Part shown: positions 50,851 to 63,751 of the stretch, one piece after another
Numbering within the stretch: the stretch's first letter is position 1
Layout: each line of letters opens with the position of its first letter
Program-made: the position numbers and the translations under genes
Source of the DNA: Lama guanicoe
Lineage: Eukaryota
Direction: 5' to 3'
Assembly: GCA_013239625.1 (NCBI GenBank)
Contig: MU053520.1
Location: 214,934 to 278,933 of the forward strand
Length of the DNA: 64,000 bases
Notes under the pieces: model-generated
Seen by the model: the letters and a program-made list of their open reading frames with translations, nothing else
Databases searched by the model: none
Told to the model about the DNA's origin: nothing

Positions 50851-52063
50851 GATAAAGTCATCAGAGACTGCTTATTATAATTACTGTCCACACTACAGTG
50901 TTAACTTGTGATGGGTCTGGCTATTAGATTAAAAATTTGTGCTTAGAATGGACTGTATTTCTAAACACGAACAACATTAAAGTTTATCAGAAATTATTTT
51001 TCATACACAAGAAATATAAGAAGGTTCTCTAAAATATAGTTTTTGTTCCAGAATTTTTTGTTGCACAAATGGCCATATTCTGAATTAATTATGATATATC
51101 ACATTTTAAATCCATAAATAAATACACACAGACATAGATACTATAATTATTTATTATGTGCCCAATACCAGGCTAGGTGCTGGAGTATTCCTCAACCTCA
51201 CCTATCACTTCTGAGAACTGCTCAGAAACCAATCTTGGAATTGATGGTTTGATGCCTGGCTATATCTATTTCTGTGTTAAATGAGCCTTGGCAATTGTTT
51301 ACAATTTCATCTTCAGGTTGTACTCCATATGGTACTGAGAATTCAGCTTCTAGCTTTTTGAAAGTGTAAGTTATAAGCCAATCTGGCAGTCGAGGAGAGG
51401 ACAACATTATGGTTAGGACTTTTCAGTAGTCTCCCCAGAAACAGGATTGATGTTTCCATTATGACATAATGCTGTAAATACAGCTATTTACTGCTGCCTG
51501 CTATGTTTTCTTTGCCTTATTCTTTATTTATCTCTGCAGATATTCTAGGACTAGGCATTCAATGATCTGAGGGCCTGTAGTTTTGAGGATGGTGCAGGGG
51601 CTCCCTCTACCTCTTAGAGTATAAACATTTCATTCCCTTGTGTGTCAACAGACCAGCCTGGTGTAATTGCAGAGGGAGTAATTTGTTCTTTTCCCTTTTC
51701 CTGTGAGTGCAAACACTTGGCATGCTTAGACACCTACCTTAGGGCATGCCTTTTTAGGGCAATTCCAGAAGAAGGGAACTGCAATACCTGGATTCAGGAA
51801 AAAAATAATGGAGAGCACTAGCCCACCCAACATTTTATTTCATATTATAAGGTATTCATGAGTTACATCTAGGGAAAAGATCAAGAAATAATATCATATG
51901 TACTTGGTGAGTTTTCAGTTTTCTCTCTGAATATTATTTTGGTCATCCTATTTATTTCCTCACAGGGTTCACACAATTAAAATAGGTTTATGTGTTTGGT
52001 TTGATGAAGAGAAATTAAGGGAGACTCCATGAAAGGCAGTATTTTAATCTCCAATCAGCCTTT

Positions 52064-52065
<2 letters not shown>

Positions 52066-52106
<41 letters not shown>
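52066..52106. repeat. (GT)20 microsatellite
   Basis: Direct read. Confidence 0.97.
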
Positions 52107-52107
<1 letters not shown>

Positions 52108-52946
52108 CGGTGGGGATTCTGTATGTGTAAGGAAGAGAAAACTCCAGGAAACAGACTATTGATGACAGAACCATTCAAAACCCTACTAATCTAAAGCACA
52201 TTCAAATTCATAGTGTACACATCCTACCAGCACCCATACTTAACTAACAGGACAGTAATATTAAGCCATAAGAGGGCCTGGGGCTACAAAATTTAAGGCC
52301 TGGATGATTACCCTTACACATAAATGTGTCCATTGATTTATAGTAGTTTGTGTTGCCATCAAAGGGCTGATGTAAAATACATGCTGTCTTTTCCTTGATT
52401 TTTCCCTTTTATAAATTAATGCTTTCATACTTTTATCTCTGTATACCTGGGCTTTAGTGTCCATTGTATCTGCAGTGAACATGCATCATTTTCATAACCA
52501 GATGAAAACGTTAGCCTGTCTTCTAATTTTTCATCTATTTTTTTTAAGATCAAATAATGATGGTATTTCTTTCATTAAGGCCAGTGACCTCAAAATCAAA
52601 AGGATGTGAAGAGGGTTGCAGGTCACAAGGTGGGGAGAATTAAAGATGTAGGAATAACCTGATAGTATTCAAAGAGCAGTGTGTTCTTATGATTGGAACA
52701 TTGTCCAATTTCCTCTTTAAAGAAAATACAAAGATGACTTTTCCTTCCCCTACTCTTCCTCCTTTGCCTCAGTCTTATTCTACACAGACCAGAATTCATG
52801 GGGTGAACCTTGTTAATAAAACCTTGATAAGGAATATTATTTATTGATTTATTCAGTATTTATTGAATTCTTACTATGTACCAGGCACTGTGCTACACAA
52901 AGTCTCAGAAAAATCTACTTTAGGTATTAGAATTATACATAACTGG

Positions 52947-53062
52947 AGGAGAGAGGGTATAGCTCAGTGGTAGAGTGCGTGCTTAGCATGCAAGAGGTCC
53001 TGGGTTGTATCCCCAAGTACCACCACTAATAAATAAATAAATAATAAATAAATAAATAAATA
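52947..53062 (+). mobile_element. tRNA-Ala(AGC)-derived SINE (Vic-1-like) with (AAAT)n tail
   Basis: GGGTATAGCTCAGTGGTAGAGTGCGTGCTTAGCATGCAAGAGGTCCTGGGTT..ATCCCC..GTACC; A-box intact, B-box degraded; 16 bp TSD at 52931-52946 / 53063-53078. Confidence 0.9.
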
Positions 53063-53531
53063 AATAATATGTAACTGGCTTAAGGTATACATTGCCCATG
53101 AGGGTAGCATTTCAAATATGGCTAATTCTGAAATGGAGGGAAGGATTAAGGGAGGGAGAAATAACTTGTATTCTTACACTAATCAACTGGAATAATATGA
53201 TATTAAAAATATACTCAATAGTGTAAAAATGTATATTTGGAAAAATTTCAATTCTTTTTAAACACAAATTTTAGAAAGTAAAACACTATAGAATTTTCAC
53301 TTGGATGATATGAATTTAAAAGACTGAGGAATTTTCTGTTAATAGTGTACTTTCTACTCCTCCCTCACCCCATTTTCTTTTAACTGAATAGGCTTGGAAT
53401 AAAATCAAAATCAATTTGAAATTAAAATCCATGGATGTGGTCAGGAAAGCACTGGTAAAATTTCAATTTCCTTTTCATCTCTTGTTCCATTCTATAGACA
53501 AAATGTTCCACACCAAGTCAGTATCATTTCT

Positions 53532-54157
53532 TTTCTTTCCTTTTCTTTTTTTTTTCTTTGTATTGAAGTATAGTTAGTTACATTGTGTCAATTTATGTTG
53601 TACAGCATAACGTTTCAGTCATACATATACATATATTCGTTTTCATATTCTTTTTTATTACAGGTTACTACAAGATACTGAATATAGTTCCCTGTGCTAT
53701 ACAGAAGAAATTTGTTTTTTTAGTCTATTTTATATATAATAGTTAATATCTGCATATCCTGAACTCCCAACTTATCCCTTCCCACCCAATTTCACCCCAG
53801 TAACCGTACGTTTTTTACTATGCCTGTGAGTCTGTTTCTGTTTTGTAGATAATTAGTGTCTTTTTTTTTTTTTAGATTCCACATATGGGTGAGGTCATAT
53901 GGTATTTTTCTTTCTCTTTCTGGCTTATTTCACTTAAAATGATGCTCTCCAGACCCATCCATGTTGCTGGAAATGGCATTATTTTATTATGTTTTCTGGC
54001 TGAGTAGTATTCCATATATTTATATATTGCATGTATAAATACACCACAACTTCTTTATCCAGTCCTCTGTTGATGGACATTTAGGTTGTTTCCATGTCTT
54101 GGCTATTGTATATAGTGCTGCTGTGAACATTGGGGTGCATGTGTCTTTTCAAACTCT
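53532..54157 (-). mobile_element. 5'-truncated L1 3' end with 12 bp TSD
   Basis: TSD AGTA(T/C)CATTTCT at 53520-53531 and 54158-54169; T-rich tail. Confidence 0.92.
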
Positions 54158-54349
54158 AGTACCATTTCTGATTCACCTTCTTTCCTCCCCTGCTTCCATG
54201 GAAAACTTTGTTTGCCATTTTATCTTCCCCAGAAAGCCCTGATCTCTACACTCTTCCTGGCTAGTGGAGGTATTCCTGATACTTCCTATCACTAATGCAT
54301 TGACTAGGGATTCAGATTAAAATTCAGAGACTTTTACACAGCAGATAAG

Positions 54350-54490
54350 TGCCAAGCATTTGAGGAGCATTTTCACATGTACTATCTGTTCTGTCACTAA
54401 GAGACAATAATATCACCATCGTACCTTAAGCAAGGTATAGCGCTGAGAAGCATGGTAAGATGACCCATTCCAGGTCACACACCAGTCAAA
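54350..54490 (-). mobile_element. MIR remnant
   Basis: AGCATTTTCACATGTACTATCT..GGTAAGATGACCCATTCCAGGTCACAC. Confidence 0.5.
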
Positions 54491-57400
54491 ATTTGCTGTA
54501 ATTAATGTCTTTTTTGGTTCCAAAGGACAAAAACGTAAAAGTTGAAGTCAAAACAAGGGTCACTATAGTGAGATTCTGAAGAATGTCACAGAATACGTTG
54601 CAAGAAATATGACAAGGGATCATCCTAATAAGACACTCTTTAGTCACTTCTCTCCCTCCCACAAAAAGTCTCTGTCTCCTGCTCCCCATTTACCCTCTGC
54701 CTGTCTCTCTTTAGTTGTTGTTTCATATCTTTGCTGCTCTCTGTTTATTTGCTGCATTCATTTCTCTGTACACTGTCTTTCTCTGCTACAGTTTTAGTTT
54801 CTGTGCTTTTCAACTTCACTTTGTCCTTAGCTCTGTTTCATCATAGCAATGACTCTGTCCCTAAGCCTAGCACTCTAAGGCCTAACATTCTAAATTTACA
54901 TTTTAGAGGTAAAATCTGATCTCCTCATCCCTGAGCCAGGAACCTGTGGTCAGTGGGTGGCTGGTGTCACAGAATAGAAGCCTGCCCAGCTAGTCCCATC
55001 ATGTCACTGTAGACAGCTGGCAGAGTATTATTTCAAAGAAGAGAATGTGGAGAGGAGGCAGTCCTAACTATAATGCCAGAATCAAGTGAACTGTCTTCTG
55101 ATTTCAGCCCTGTGTTCTTCTCACTATACCAGCCTGAAGAACTGACTGTGTTTTAGTCATCTTTCAATTCCTACAACACTCTATAAAACCAAATGCCTAG
55201 AAATTGTGGACACTGATACAATGCTGGTTGATGTGATGATTTTATAGCGAGTTAAACTAACACTGGCAGGTCATGGACATATCCTAATATTTTCATCCAA
55301 AAGTCATCTTTTGGTTGTGTGTCATCTAACACCTGCTGGAGCCAATCCTCTAGACAGAGACAGAAGGGAAAAGGGAGAGAAAGAGGAGGATTTTTAAGAT
55401 ACTTTTTTAATATATATTTTTAAGTTTCAGTGAATGCGTTCTGACCTTGGAATGAATAGGACAGAAAATTGTAAACCCACTCTGCCATATGGTTATTTGT
55501 CATACTTGTGCAGTTGCCAGAAAAATCAGTAAAAATAGATTAAAAAAAAAAAAGCAGAAGCTGTACCAGGAGAGTGGAGAGTTCAAATACAGAGATGAAA
55601 CCCTTTCTCTCCTTTCTCCAGGGTTAAATGGATCAAGACAATGGATCAAGCAAGGTGAAAAGGGAGCCTACTTCTTCTTCCAGAGCCCCAGAGACTGAGG
55701 TCAGTGAGTTGGAGGTTTAGATATTCAGGCATTAGTTCATCTGTTTTTCATCTGCATCTCTAGTATATACTCTTCTCTGACTCTTTTGCAATGTTTGCTT
55801 ATTACAATTCAGGGGCTAGAAAATCAAACTTTAAAAGTTTACTTTTTCTCTCTCGTCCCTTGCAGCTCAGGTATTCTTCCTTTCCCCTTTCCCCTCCTTC
55901 ACACCCTGGGCAGACCTCAAAGGAATTCAGCCAGTTTGCCAGCCTAGTCTGCATTGTAATATGTTGGTAAATATTGCTCAGTGGTAAGGACTATCTAATT
56001 TATTTTCTTCTTTGCACCATTCCCTCTTCTAGTTTGAATGTTTACAATCCATTAAGATGTCACATACATTTATTAAACCTCTCTGATTTCTTTTTTCTTT
56101 TAAAAAGATATTATTTTAAGTTTTTTCTTTTGGTTTCCTCTACATCTCATTGTATGGATCTCCCACTGGCTTAATCTTCTCTAGAGCAGAATGCTTGGAC
56201 TTTCTTTGGCTTAAGCTGGCACATTAATCATTTGCCTAACTTTAAAGTTTAGGATAAAGCCTCTCTCAGAGGAAATTTGCTTGAGTTGCCGTCACAGCAG
56301 CAAACAAACCACATCACATCTGGTGCCTTCTATTGAAAGCAATTTGCCCCTTGCCAGCAGCTGAGCTTTGTGGCCACAGCAGAGCAAGCCCTGTGGGAGC
56401 TGGGAGATATCAGCAGTAATCAGCAGCAATGTGGACTACTTCTAATGTGGAGACATCTCCTTGATAGCTTCTAAGTTCAGGCTGTGCCTAGGAGGGGCAT
56501 GGCAGAGCCCACATCAGCACCCCGAATGCCATGACATCTTCTAGCCAACGCTAATCATGGTTTTTCTATGAATCAGCTAGGAAATCTGAAGACTAATTGC
56601 CTCCCACATACTTTTCTTAGCTTTTTTTAATGGAGTTTTAAATTTCTACAGCACTGTTTTCTGACCCCCTATACATTCTTTCCTTTCCTCTTTCTTGTGT
56701 GTAGGAATGATGTTAGAACCCTCATTCATACTAACTGCATTTTTCTTTAGTGATAGTAGAACAGAGGCTTTTCTATTTTTTAAGGATGTTTAGTTTAGGT
56801 AAGACTGTTCAGGTAAAATCTTCCCAGAAATTTCTTCTGGATGTTCCAAGCTACTTTGAGTGTGCCTCTTTCATAACCTTTGCTTATTTCAACTTTGAAG
56901 ACAGGGTTCCTGTTAGGTTCGCTGTTAATTCCCCACAGTCCCACAGAACAATATCTTGCATATATTATGTATTTGACATAAATTATTAAATATATCAAAA
57001 TAGATCCATCTTTAGAGTGGCCTGGTGGATTTTTATGGATAAACATCACCTGTTTGGTCATATACAGTCCCATTATGCCTTACTTACTCAACAGATCAGG
57101 TACTACATTCATGCTGAATCCAAGCATGACTTCACTATTAAAATCCTTTGATCTGAATGGCTTCTTAACCCACTCTTCTCTATTTTTCCACCATAATTAG
57201 AACTCTTCTAGCTCATTTTCCTCTTTTATTGTTTAACTAGCCCCTTATTCTTGTTGCTCAATATGATTTCCCCATTGATGCCACAGTTTCCCCTCACTAT
57301 ACTCATGCATTTACCATGATATATGGCATCCTCAGTGGAATAGGACACACACCATATTTTTCATTCAATGTCATCTTGTTGGTATTTTGGATCTTTTATA

Positions 57401-58444
57401 AGGCTAGCCACACCTTTGATAGAGATCCCTAGACATTATTAATAGTATTTAACATTGTCACCTCTACAAATGCTCACTGATGTGGAATGAGTACTGAGCC
57501 TAGACCCTGCAAAAAGGGAAAGCTGCTTACATCAAAGGCCTATGCATTAGATGTCAGATTACAAAATAGCAATGTGGTTGGTGGCAATTCCTGTTTAGAT
57601 ATTTAATTAGCTGGACTTCAATTTTTTCACACCTATTATGGTTTTGGTGGAGAGTAAGTTAATAAAGAATTTATTGAACAAAAATTCTAATAGCACTGAA
57701 CTGGAATCTCCCCCTCCTTGCCAAAACTTCTCATTTGAAAGTTTTAATGGCTACTCCTATAGCCATCACATGGCCAATCTCATATCTCTACCCTCAGCTT
57801 TGATCCTTTCTTTCATGGGTAGCAAGATCCCACTCTCAAAGTTTACCACGTTTAATTAATCTTGTCTTGTTCTAGCATCAATGTAATGCTTATACAGCAA
57901 ATAAAGATGAAATACATTAACTCTTTCCTGCTCATTATATCCCCTAAGTGTTCTGCTGTCATCCAAAATACATTGCAATTATTCAAAATAATTTTACTGA
58001 GCAAATATGAAAGCACTAAGCATTTTTCCAGTGATGAATATCACATCCATAATCCTCACCTTCACTTAGTTTAAACTTTAATAAAAACTTCAAAAAAACT
58101 CACTACTGTTCTTCCAAAATCACATATTTTAGCTTATGACCTGGCTTCCCTATACCTGTTAGTCATCTAATCCTTCAGCAGTATGATATTGTATGTAGCA
58201 TATACTTAATAAGATTTTGTTTAATTACATTTGTGACTTTTGACTATTTTCCACACTGTTTCATATATAATTATCCTCTTATTCTTGTTGAACATTCCTT
58301 TATAATATTTCTTGCATTGGTCCCTACTTTCTATCCCAAATGACTTCCAGATTACCTCATTTCCTCCCTAGGAAATATCTTCTAGTTGATTATAATTTTC
58401 CTTATCCATCCCTATTTTCATCCAATCTGCACAATATTAGCACT

Positions 58445-58990
58445 TCTATCTCAAACAGATTTTTTTGGTTCCAAATAAAGGATCCTATTCTAGGTAAAAT
58501 AAATAAACAGGAGGGGGAAAATAGTGTAACGTAAGAATGAAAAGCTATTAACAACGTGACCAAAGGTAAAAATTAGAAGAAGGGTTTAAGAAAGATTGAT
58601 TTAGAGCAGAGACTGGAGATATGGCAGGAACTGAATTTATTCTTTCATTCTCTCCAGAAAACTATGATTTCTCATCTGTTTCCTCTCTGTGTCTGTTATA
58701 TATTCTCTCTTTCTCCTTCTCTTTTTTCTCTCCTTTCTCTTTAAATATCTTTGTCTCTGTCTCTGTCTCTTCTCTGTCTGTCTCCTTCTCTCTCCTCATC
58801 CCCTCCTCTGCCTTCTTTCCAAAGAATATAAATTCTCTTTGCACATGCATGCAGCTCAAAAGGGTAGCTCTAAGCCCTGACTTCCCATAGTCTCAGTTCA
58901 GTTGCCCAATGAAGACTGATAAGATATTATTAACACCTATTTCTAAATTCCTTGGAGAGATGAGGAGATCTGACATGCAACCTATTTCTG
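58445..58990. mobile_element. Old MaLR (MLT1J-O-like) remnant containing a CT-rich tract
   Basis: CAGATTTTTTGGTTCCAAATAA..AAACAGGAGGGGGAAAA start motif; heavily diverged. Confidence 0.35.
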
Positions 58991-59773
58991 CTCTATTCAG
59001 ATGAAGTATTCATTTTGAATATTTTGCCAAAAGTGTGGAGAAAAATGGAGTTGTCAAAGGATGCTCACAGTTTATCATATACACATTTTGCCAGAGCCCA
59101 GTACTGTGGATGAGTGGATTGGTGAGCTAATCTTTTCAGAGCGGGGATACTGGGATGGGCCTACATTCCAGCTGGCATAACCTGTAGCTCTTTGGAGTAA
59201 AGCCTTTGGGACTCTCATTTATGATTTATCAGATTAAATATACTTTTAAATCTTCATACTCCATATCCTCTATCATTAAATATTATTGGTTTTGTGCAAC
59301 ATTTTCTCCCTGATTTTGAGTCTCTTCTGCCAGGTAGAGTTTACTCACTGCCTCATAATTTTATCAGTCATGAAATCAGATTTATCAACATTCTCTATCA
59401 TATCCACTGCCAAATAAAACAAAACAAAACAAAAAACAAAAACAAAAAACTCAAACTGAACACAAAATTCAGTTTATATTAATCTCTACTCTGAAACCTT
59501 CTCAGAGTCCCTTCCCCAAATTGTGATTATTTGGTTTTGTTTGCAGTATTAGTTTTGCAACAAATTATGGTTTGTTAGAAATTACTTTTAATAAATGTTT
59601 AATTATAATCACTGTACTTATAAACCATTTGTTTATTTTGTGAATTTAAGTATCATTTCATAAATACATTTTTAATCTCCTTTAGGCTGCTCCCTCAGAG
59701 AACATAGTGCAGAACCAGATGTGTATGGTGATAAATAAACCATATAAAGAGGACAATTTAGAAAAGAATGAAT

Positions 59774-61527
59774 ACTTTTTTAAAACATTTTTTATTGATT
59801 TATAATCATTTTATAATGTTGTGTCAAATTCCAGTGTTCAGCACAATTTTTCATTTATACATGAACATACATATATTCATCACATTTTTTCTCTGTGAGA
59901 TATCATAAGATCTTGTATATATTTCCCTGTGCTATACAGTATAATATTGTTTATCTATTCTACATTTTAAAATCGCAGTCTATCCCTTCCCATCCCCTGC
60001 CCTCTTAGCAACAACAAGTTTGTATTCTATGTCTATGAGTCTGTTTCTGTTTTGTATTTATGTTTTGTTTATTTATTTAATTTTTTAGATTCCACATATA
60101 AGTGATCTCATATCATATTTTTCTTTCTCTTTCTGGCTTACTTCACTTAGAATGACATTCTCCAGGAGCATCCATGTTGCTGCAAAGGACATTATTTAGC
60201 CGGGTTTTATGGCTGAGTAGTATTCCATTGTATAAATATACCACCTCTTCTTTATCCAGTCACCTGTTGATGGACATTTAGGTTGTTCCCATGTTTTGGC
60301 TATTGTAAATAGTGCTGCTATGAACATTTGGGTGCAGGTGTCATCCTGAAGTAGATTTCCTTCTGGGTACAAGCCCAGGAGTGGGATTCCTGGGTCATAT
60401 GGTAAGTCTATTCCTAGTCTTTTGAGGAATCTCCACACTGTTTTCCATAGTGGCTGCACCAAACTGCATTCCCACCAGCAGTGTAGGAGGGTTCCCCTTT
60501 CTCCACAGCCTCTCCAGCATTTGTCATTTTTGGATTTTTGAATGATGGCCATTCTGACTGGTGTGAGGTGATACCTCATTGTAGTTTTGATTTGCATTTC
60601 TCTGATAATTAGTGATATTGAACATTTTTTCATGTGCTTTTTGATCATTTGTATGTCTTCCTTGGAGAATTGCTTGTTTAGGTCTTCTGCCCATTTTTGG
60701 ATTGGGTTGTTTATTTTTTTCTTATTGAGTCGTATGAGCTGCTTATATATTCTGGAGATCAAGCCTTTGTTGGTTTCACTTGCAAAAATTTTCTCCCATT
60801 CCGTAGGTTTTCTTCTTGTTTTATTTCTGGTTTCCTTTGCTCTGCAGAAGCTTGTAAGTTTCATTAGGTCCCATTTGTTTATTCTTGCTTTTATTTCTTC
60901 TAGGAGAAAATTTTTGAAATGTATGTCAGATAATGTTTTGCCTATGTTTTCCTCTAGGAGGTTTATTGTATCTTGTCTTATGTTTAAGTCTTTGATCCAT
61001 TTTGAGTTTATTTTTGTGTATGGTGTGAGGGAGTGTTCTAGCTTCATTGCTTTACATGCTGCTGTCCAGTTTTCCCAACACCATTTGCTCAAGAGACTGT
61101 CTTTTATTCCGTTGTATATTCTTGCTTCCTTTGTCAAAGATTAGTTAACCGAAAGTTTGTGGGTTCACTTTGGGCTCTCTATTCTGTTCCATTGGTCCGT
61201 GTGTTTTTGAACCAATACTATGCTGTTTCGATTACTATAGCTCTGTAGTATTGTCTAAAGTCTGGGAGAGTTATTCCTCCAGCCTCTTTCTTTCTCTTCA
61301 GCAATTCTTTGGCAATTCTAGGTCTTTGATGGTTCCATATAAATTTTATTATGATTTGTTCTAGTTCTGTGAAATATGTCCTGGGTAATTGGATAGGGAT
61401 TGCATTAAATCTGTAGATTGCCTTGGGCAGTGTGACCATTTTAACAATATTGATTAATCCAAGAGCATGGGATATCTTTCCATTTTTTTTAAAGTCTTCT
61501 TTAATTTCCTTCATCAATGGTTTATAG
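59774..61527 (-). mobile_element. Relatively young 5'-truncated L1 with 17 bp TSD
   Basis: TSD TTTAGAAAAGAATGAAT at 59757-59773 and 61528-61544; short T tail; ORF2 C-terminal peptides. Confidence 0.97.
60196..61137 (-). pseudogene. Open 313-aa stretch of the L1 ORF2p C-terminus, including the cysteine-rich motif
   Basis: [38 protein letters not shown]; part of a truncated L1 with no promoter or RT. Confidence 0.95.
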
Positions 61528-62322
61528 TTTAGAAAAGAATGAATGCCTACTGTGTCAGGGGATAAGGTAGACACTAAATAAGGAAATTAAGCTCAGGAAA
61601 ACTTTTTCAAAATGTCCTATTATTTTGTGATCTTACCAGTTTTTGAACTGTTAGCATTTTAATTCAAAGTCCAATGATATCTATTAAACTATGTAATAGA
61701 AATTTTACTTAAGGAAGCAAAGTCTTCTGAAGAATTTTAATCAATGATCCAAATATTGAGTCAGCTACTGTGGTGCTATGAAGTCTACTTATCCATTTAT
61801 TATTACTCTTCTGTACCTTTCTTGGTAACCCTATTGGTAATTAACTTGAACTCTATATATGAGAAATTAATAAGATATCCTGTCTTAAACTGAATTATTC
61901 AGTTCAGATCCAACTTGTTTAGATTGGCAGGGTAATTAATCTAAGTAAATGTCTTTATTACATATTGCCTCAAGACTCAAGCCTGCCTTTGGGAATTCTG
62001 TAGCTCTATTGGAAGTCAGTTGTGAGACTTTCCCCAATCAGCCTCCTGTTCGTTACATTCTATGTTAGCCTAGTCATTATTCTCCAAAGACAAAAATAAC
62101 AGAAATCAGGGGGAAAGAAAAAAGCCCATTGCAGGTTCTTCTTTTGCATCCTATTTTGATAAAGGTACAGAATCAACAAGCATTGGTAATTATACCCCTT
62201 GCATAAGCTAAAGCACATTAAAAAAGGAAATATAAAAACCTAGTCCTTCATTCTCAAGGAATAAAGGGTACAGGTGGAGTAGTGATACAAACATTGCATA
62301 ACTAATCATATATTTATTTCTG

Positions 62323-62703
62323 TTTTTTGAGGTAGAGTCAGTTTACAATGTTGTGTCAATTTCTGATGTACAGCACAATGTCATACATGGATAGACATAT
62401 ATTCATTTTCATATTCTTTTACACCATAAGCTACTATAATACATTAAATATATTTTCCTGTGCTTACAGTATAAACGTGTTTATCTATTTTATATATACC
62501 AGTCAGTCTCTGCAAATCTTGAAATCCCAGTTTATCCCTTCCCACCCTCCTCCCTCCTGGCAACCACTATTTGGTATACTATATCTGTGAGTCTGTTTCT
62601 GTTTTATACATAAATTCATTTGTGTTTTTTTTTAGATTCCATATATGAGTGACAACATATTTTATGGCTGAGTAAATATTCCATTGCATAAATATACCAC
62701 AAC
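62323..62703 (-). mobile_element. L1 3'UTR fragment with a diverged TSD and an internal deletion
   Basis: AATCATATATTTATTTCTG (62304-62322) versus AACCATATTTTTATTTCTG (62701-62719). Confidence 0.88.
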
Positions 62704-63159
62704 CATATTTTTATTTCTGACTTAATATTGCAGTCATCACCCTTACTCAGGGCTACAGTGCTTCTTTCAACCTCACCACAATGAGAAGCCCTGGACCTAA
62801 CCCTGGCACAGCATATTCTAATTTAGGGCATGCAGGAAGCATTTAGCTCTGTTAGAATTCTTGTTTAGTATAAATTGCAAATTTGGTTCTATGATGTATA
62901 GGAAAAGAGTCAGGAGTATGGGTCAAGGTCTAGTCTTGCAGACACAAGAAGGAACATAGCTTTGATAGGCAGCATGTTTCCACACAGAGCTGGGTCTTCT
63001 TAAGTGCTTGTAGATGAGGTTATTTTTATCACATATATAGGCCATTCAAGCCAGAATGGTACACATCTATAATTCACCATAAATTAAACAATTGGATTCA
63101 AGGTCTTAATGCAAACAATTAAATCTTACTCTCCAGAGGAGGGAGGTATAGCACATGGA

Positions 63160-63370
63160 CTTCAGTACTTACTCTATTGAGGTTGCTTCTCAGGCCTTAT
63201 AATATTTCATTTGATCTTCATAACAGGGCCATGAGGTACCTATGATTGTGCTTCCTTTAGAAACAAGAAAATTAATTCTGAGAGGTTAAACAAAGAATCC
63301 AAGCCCATGCAGTCAGACTGTGTAGGGCAGAGCTGTATTTGAATACAGGTTTCCGTGGTTCAAATAAGTA
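63160..63370 (-). mobile_element. MIR SINE
   Basis: TTTCATTTGATCTTCATAACAG..ATGAGGTA..CTGAGAGGTTAAAC..GGCAGAGCTGTATTTGAATACAGG. Confidence 0.75.
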
Positions 63371-63612
63371 AGTAGGTAGTGTTATCTATATCACATATTA
63401 TGAGAAAGTAAATTCTTTATTGAACTATTTTCAGAATGCCAGTGAAAGAGAATGAAGACCAATGAAACACTCTTCAAATAGCGGGAACTTACTTGAACTG
63501 ACTAATCCTTAAATAACTTCCCACTTATTTCCCTTTTACTGGAACAACACTCTCAGTTAATTGTATCAATTGTTTCAATGACACATATTTTTGCATTTCA
63601 TTCAAAGGTGAA

Positions 63613-63655
63613 ATTAAAGTTCATGTGTCCTCATTAAAGTTCATGTGTCCTTATT
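63613..63655. repeat. 20 bp tandem duplication
   Basis: ATTAAAGTTCATGTGTCCT(C/T) twice, followed by ATT. Confidence 0.93.
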
Positions 63656-63751
63656 CCTTACTTACTTTTAGTGCTTTTCCTTTGGACAATGGGGATTTAG
63701 TCTGCAGCTGACCATATTTTCCTACTACATCGTGGTTTCCATCAGTTCCTC

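Noticed and set aside
52955..53027. Functional tRNA-Ala gene
   Set aside because: The T-loop/B-box is degraded (GGTTGTATCC), there is no T-run terminator, and the (AAAT)n tail plus TSD indicate retroposition.
58662..58859. Charged E/K/R-rich ORF
   Set aside because: Translation of a CT/GA low-complexity tract.
60196..61137. 313-aa ORF as a host gene
   Set aside because: It is the C-terminus of L1 ORF2p inside a TSD-flanked truncated L1 with no promoter or RT.
60587..61144. 185-aa plus-strand ORF (and similar ones at 7142, 7415, 39927)
   Set aside because: Antisense shadow frames of L1 ORF2.
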